The notes beneath the pieces were generated by a model. It had not been told where the DNA came from. It saw only the letters and a list, made by a program, of their open reading frames with translations, and ran no database searches. Source: Takakia lepidozioides (lineage: Eukaryota > Plantae > Bryophyta). Taken from it: a stretch of 64,000 nt of DNA. Position numbers and translations under genes: made by a program. Shown here in pieces: positions 61,592 to 64,000 of the stretch (position 1 is the first letter of the stretch; every line of letters begins with the position of its first letter). The DNA lies in the NCBI GenBank assembly GCA_030704615.1, contig CM060732.1, positions 58,280,001-58,344,000 of the forward strand. The letters are read 5' to 3'.

Positions 61592-62631
61592 TCAAGTCTC
61601 TTGCACTAGGCTAGACACCAAAAACATGTAATGGGGCCAGTCCTTGTGTGGTGCAGTAACGCTTCCTCGTGCTGCTTTACTCCTTGTTGATGAATGATAT
61701 GTTATTGTTCGGATCAAGACAGCAATTGCTAGTTGGCATGCCTACAAGCTAAGCTAAAGTTTTGTCTCACATCAACAGTTAGATTAGTTATGGTCTAGCT
61801 CAAGTGCAGCACCTAGATGAAATTTGGGCATCATATGAATATGTAGAGCAGTTTCATTCGGGCCCTGATTCTAGAGTGGTCCAGGAATTACTGTGGCCAG
61901 GAATTAGAGTGGGGCGCTTATGTAGGAAGGCCACGTGTATTGAGGAATGAGATGAGGGGGTCCAAAAAAAAAAATGGAGGAATTGGCCAAGACTAGAATA
62001 TGGAGACTTGTAGGGTTGACATGTGTCCAGGGCCTTCTAGAAGGGTCCCACCGCCATGAGAGGGTATATAAGGGAGGCCACCCCCCCCTCTTACTACCTA
62101 CTAACTTATTATCTATTAAATTAGTAAATAGTGGGCTCTGCAAAGGCAGGCCCCAAAAAAAAAACAGCAAACATGAATCAATTAATTAATAGAAATCACA
62201 ATATGTCAATATGAATGAAAGCCCCTTGGAACAAGAAGTGGCCAATAAGCGTAAAGCCATGAGAAGCTTTTAAATAAAAAAAGAATTGTCTAGATTAGCT
62301 AGCTTCGATATTATGGGAAAGAATGACGAGACCTCCAAAAAATGTATATAAGGATGTGTGTCAAGTCTATACCAATGTTGACTCGTATTTGTGGGTCTTC
62401 CCAGCTATCAATAGTAAGGATCAGCAGGTTCTTCGAGAACCTACCCGACTGGTAGGTGGTAGGTCAAATACCCATGGCATATCATGGATTACGGTTTGGA
62501 GCTCTCATTTCATAACCGAGGTATGGAGGCATTTTCCGTACATGGCAACATTTAATTTGTCCTGGACAGACATGTCACCCGCCGTAGTCCACCACTGTAG
62601 CCCAATACATCCAGAAACCTCGGTTATGTCC

Positions 62632-62706
62632 GGTAGACAAGGAGGCGAGACTGGCTACGAGGTACACCTGTACCCCGTAGCCAGTCTCGCCTCCCCGACT
62701 ACCTAG
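62632..62706 (+). mobile_element. Long hairpin followed by CTAG, possible Helitron 3' end
   Basis: GGAGGCGAGACTGGCTACG...CGTAGCCAGTCTCGCCTCC (19-bp perfect stem, 62641-62694), then 8 nt, then CTAG|T. Confidence 0.45.
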
Positions 62707-64000
62707 TCAATATCAGGCCATTACCATTATTGTGTAGCTATGAGAGCTTAATATTCATACTACATGCACGAATCGCTGGAGATTTGGTTGTCATCCCCAG
62801 TATGATATCGCAAACATTAAAGGCACATAATGGGGTGATAGCTCCTTAGGATATCTCTTTTGTCGCGGGAGTTTTATTTGGCAGCTGCGATTTTGGTGCT
62901 TAGGGCCCTGCTTCGCTCTTCCGTTTGCCCCATGGCATTTCAGTATTAGAATGGCCAATTTAGGCTATTCAATTGGCCATTTCAATACTGGAATAAGCCA
63001 TTTGAATAGCTCAAAAAACAAGTAATATTGATATCCATATGGATATTCAACTGATTTTTTTATAAAAAAAAAACCATACTATTGATACCATATATTGTGC
63101 ATATCTAAGGGAAATACATATACCAATATATTATTTGTAAATTGGTCATTCTGCAATACTTATACCAGAGTTAAAAAACAAAGCACTCCTCCAAAACCTA
63201 CCATGTCTAGTATATTAAAGTATTGATACCCGCACAACACACGTCTATACACATAATACATAAGACAACAACGGATAAAGAACCTGCAACAGCGAGTTAT
63301 CTCTGATTTAATATTTACAAGGATGCAATATTATTAGTATTATTATTAGTATTGTTTGGGAGGTTATCACGTTCCTGTCCTTCCGTCTCTCACGGATCTT
63401 TGTTTTCTCTTGTCTCTGCAATTTATAGATTTTCTATTTCAAGAAAGCTAGCATGAACTCTTAGCAATTGCACATAGTATTAGAACGCATCCAGTCCTCC
63501 CAGCCACCACATCATGCGCATTTCACTCATGTTTCCACTTATGTTCTTTACTTTTGGGCACTTATTTTTTATGCCCCCTTCTGTCACAACTCACAGCCCA
63601 TATCTACAAGTGTTACAGAGAGAAGGAGAACCCTAATGTCATTCATTATATCACATTCTTATTTTTCTTCATGTCACCTTCATATATGACCATCATCCTG
63701 ATCACTTAAAATCAACCACATCCTGCTACTTCACGCGATAGCTCTGTCTTCAGCTCCTCTTTCTCACTATACACCTGTGTATGTAGGCTGACCGTTTCAA
63801 CTGCTCCCCAAACCTATCAGAGGTTCAAGTCTCCATAATCGTTATAGAGGTTTAATTGCATAGACGTCTCAATCTCTTAGTCATTTTACTTTTAAAATGT
63901 TCAATTATTACAACTTAGAACTATGGAGAGACCAAGATATCCGTTCAACTTACAAATCCTATCACCTAATGCATTCACGCATGTTGCACTTGAATGGGAA

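Overview
Eukaryotic, TE-rich region of a land plant, probably a non-seed plant (PLS-class PPR fragments, plant PyrD, plant RPS10). There is a 500-N gap at 30094-30593, and many single-base homopolymer indels look like long-read errors. Highlight 1: a young ~12.0-kb Ty3/Gypsy-like retrotransposon (8231-20241, minus strand, 4-bp TSD TACC confirmed by an empty site at ~24357). Its polyprotein is Gag-CCHC-protease-C5 cytosine DNA methyltransferase, then an in-frame TAG-CAA-CCA leaky-stop motif, then RT-RNaseH-DDE integrase-PHD finger. Instead of two normal LTRs it has split direct repeats (B-internal-A-B-A) with a palindromic CA-gc-TG junction and no tRNA PBS. Highlight 2: a spliced gene in a probable DNA transposon (33.9-39.0 kb) combining a ParB/Srx-like DGNHR domain with a beta-class N6A/N4C methyltransferase domain, next to an array of palindromic repeats. 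Also present: a Galadriel-like chromovirus, a Pack-type PIF/Harbinger element in a local duplication, intronless RPS10, a PyrD pseudogene split across opposite strands, several PPR pseudogenes, CACTA and MULE remnants, and a non-autonomous LTR element carrying PPR repeats. All calls come from reading motifs by eye; no database search was run.
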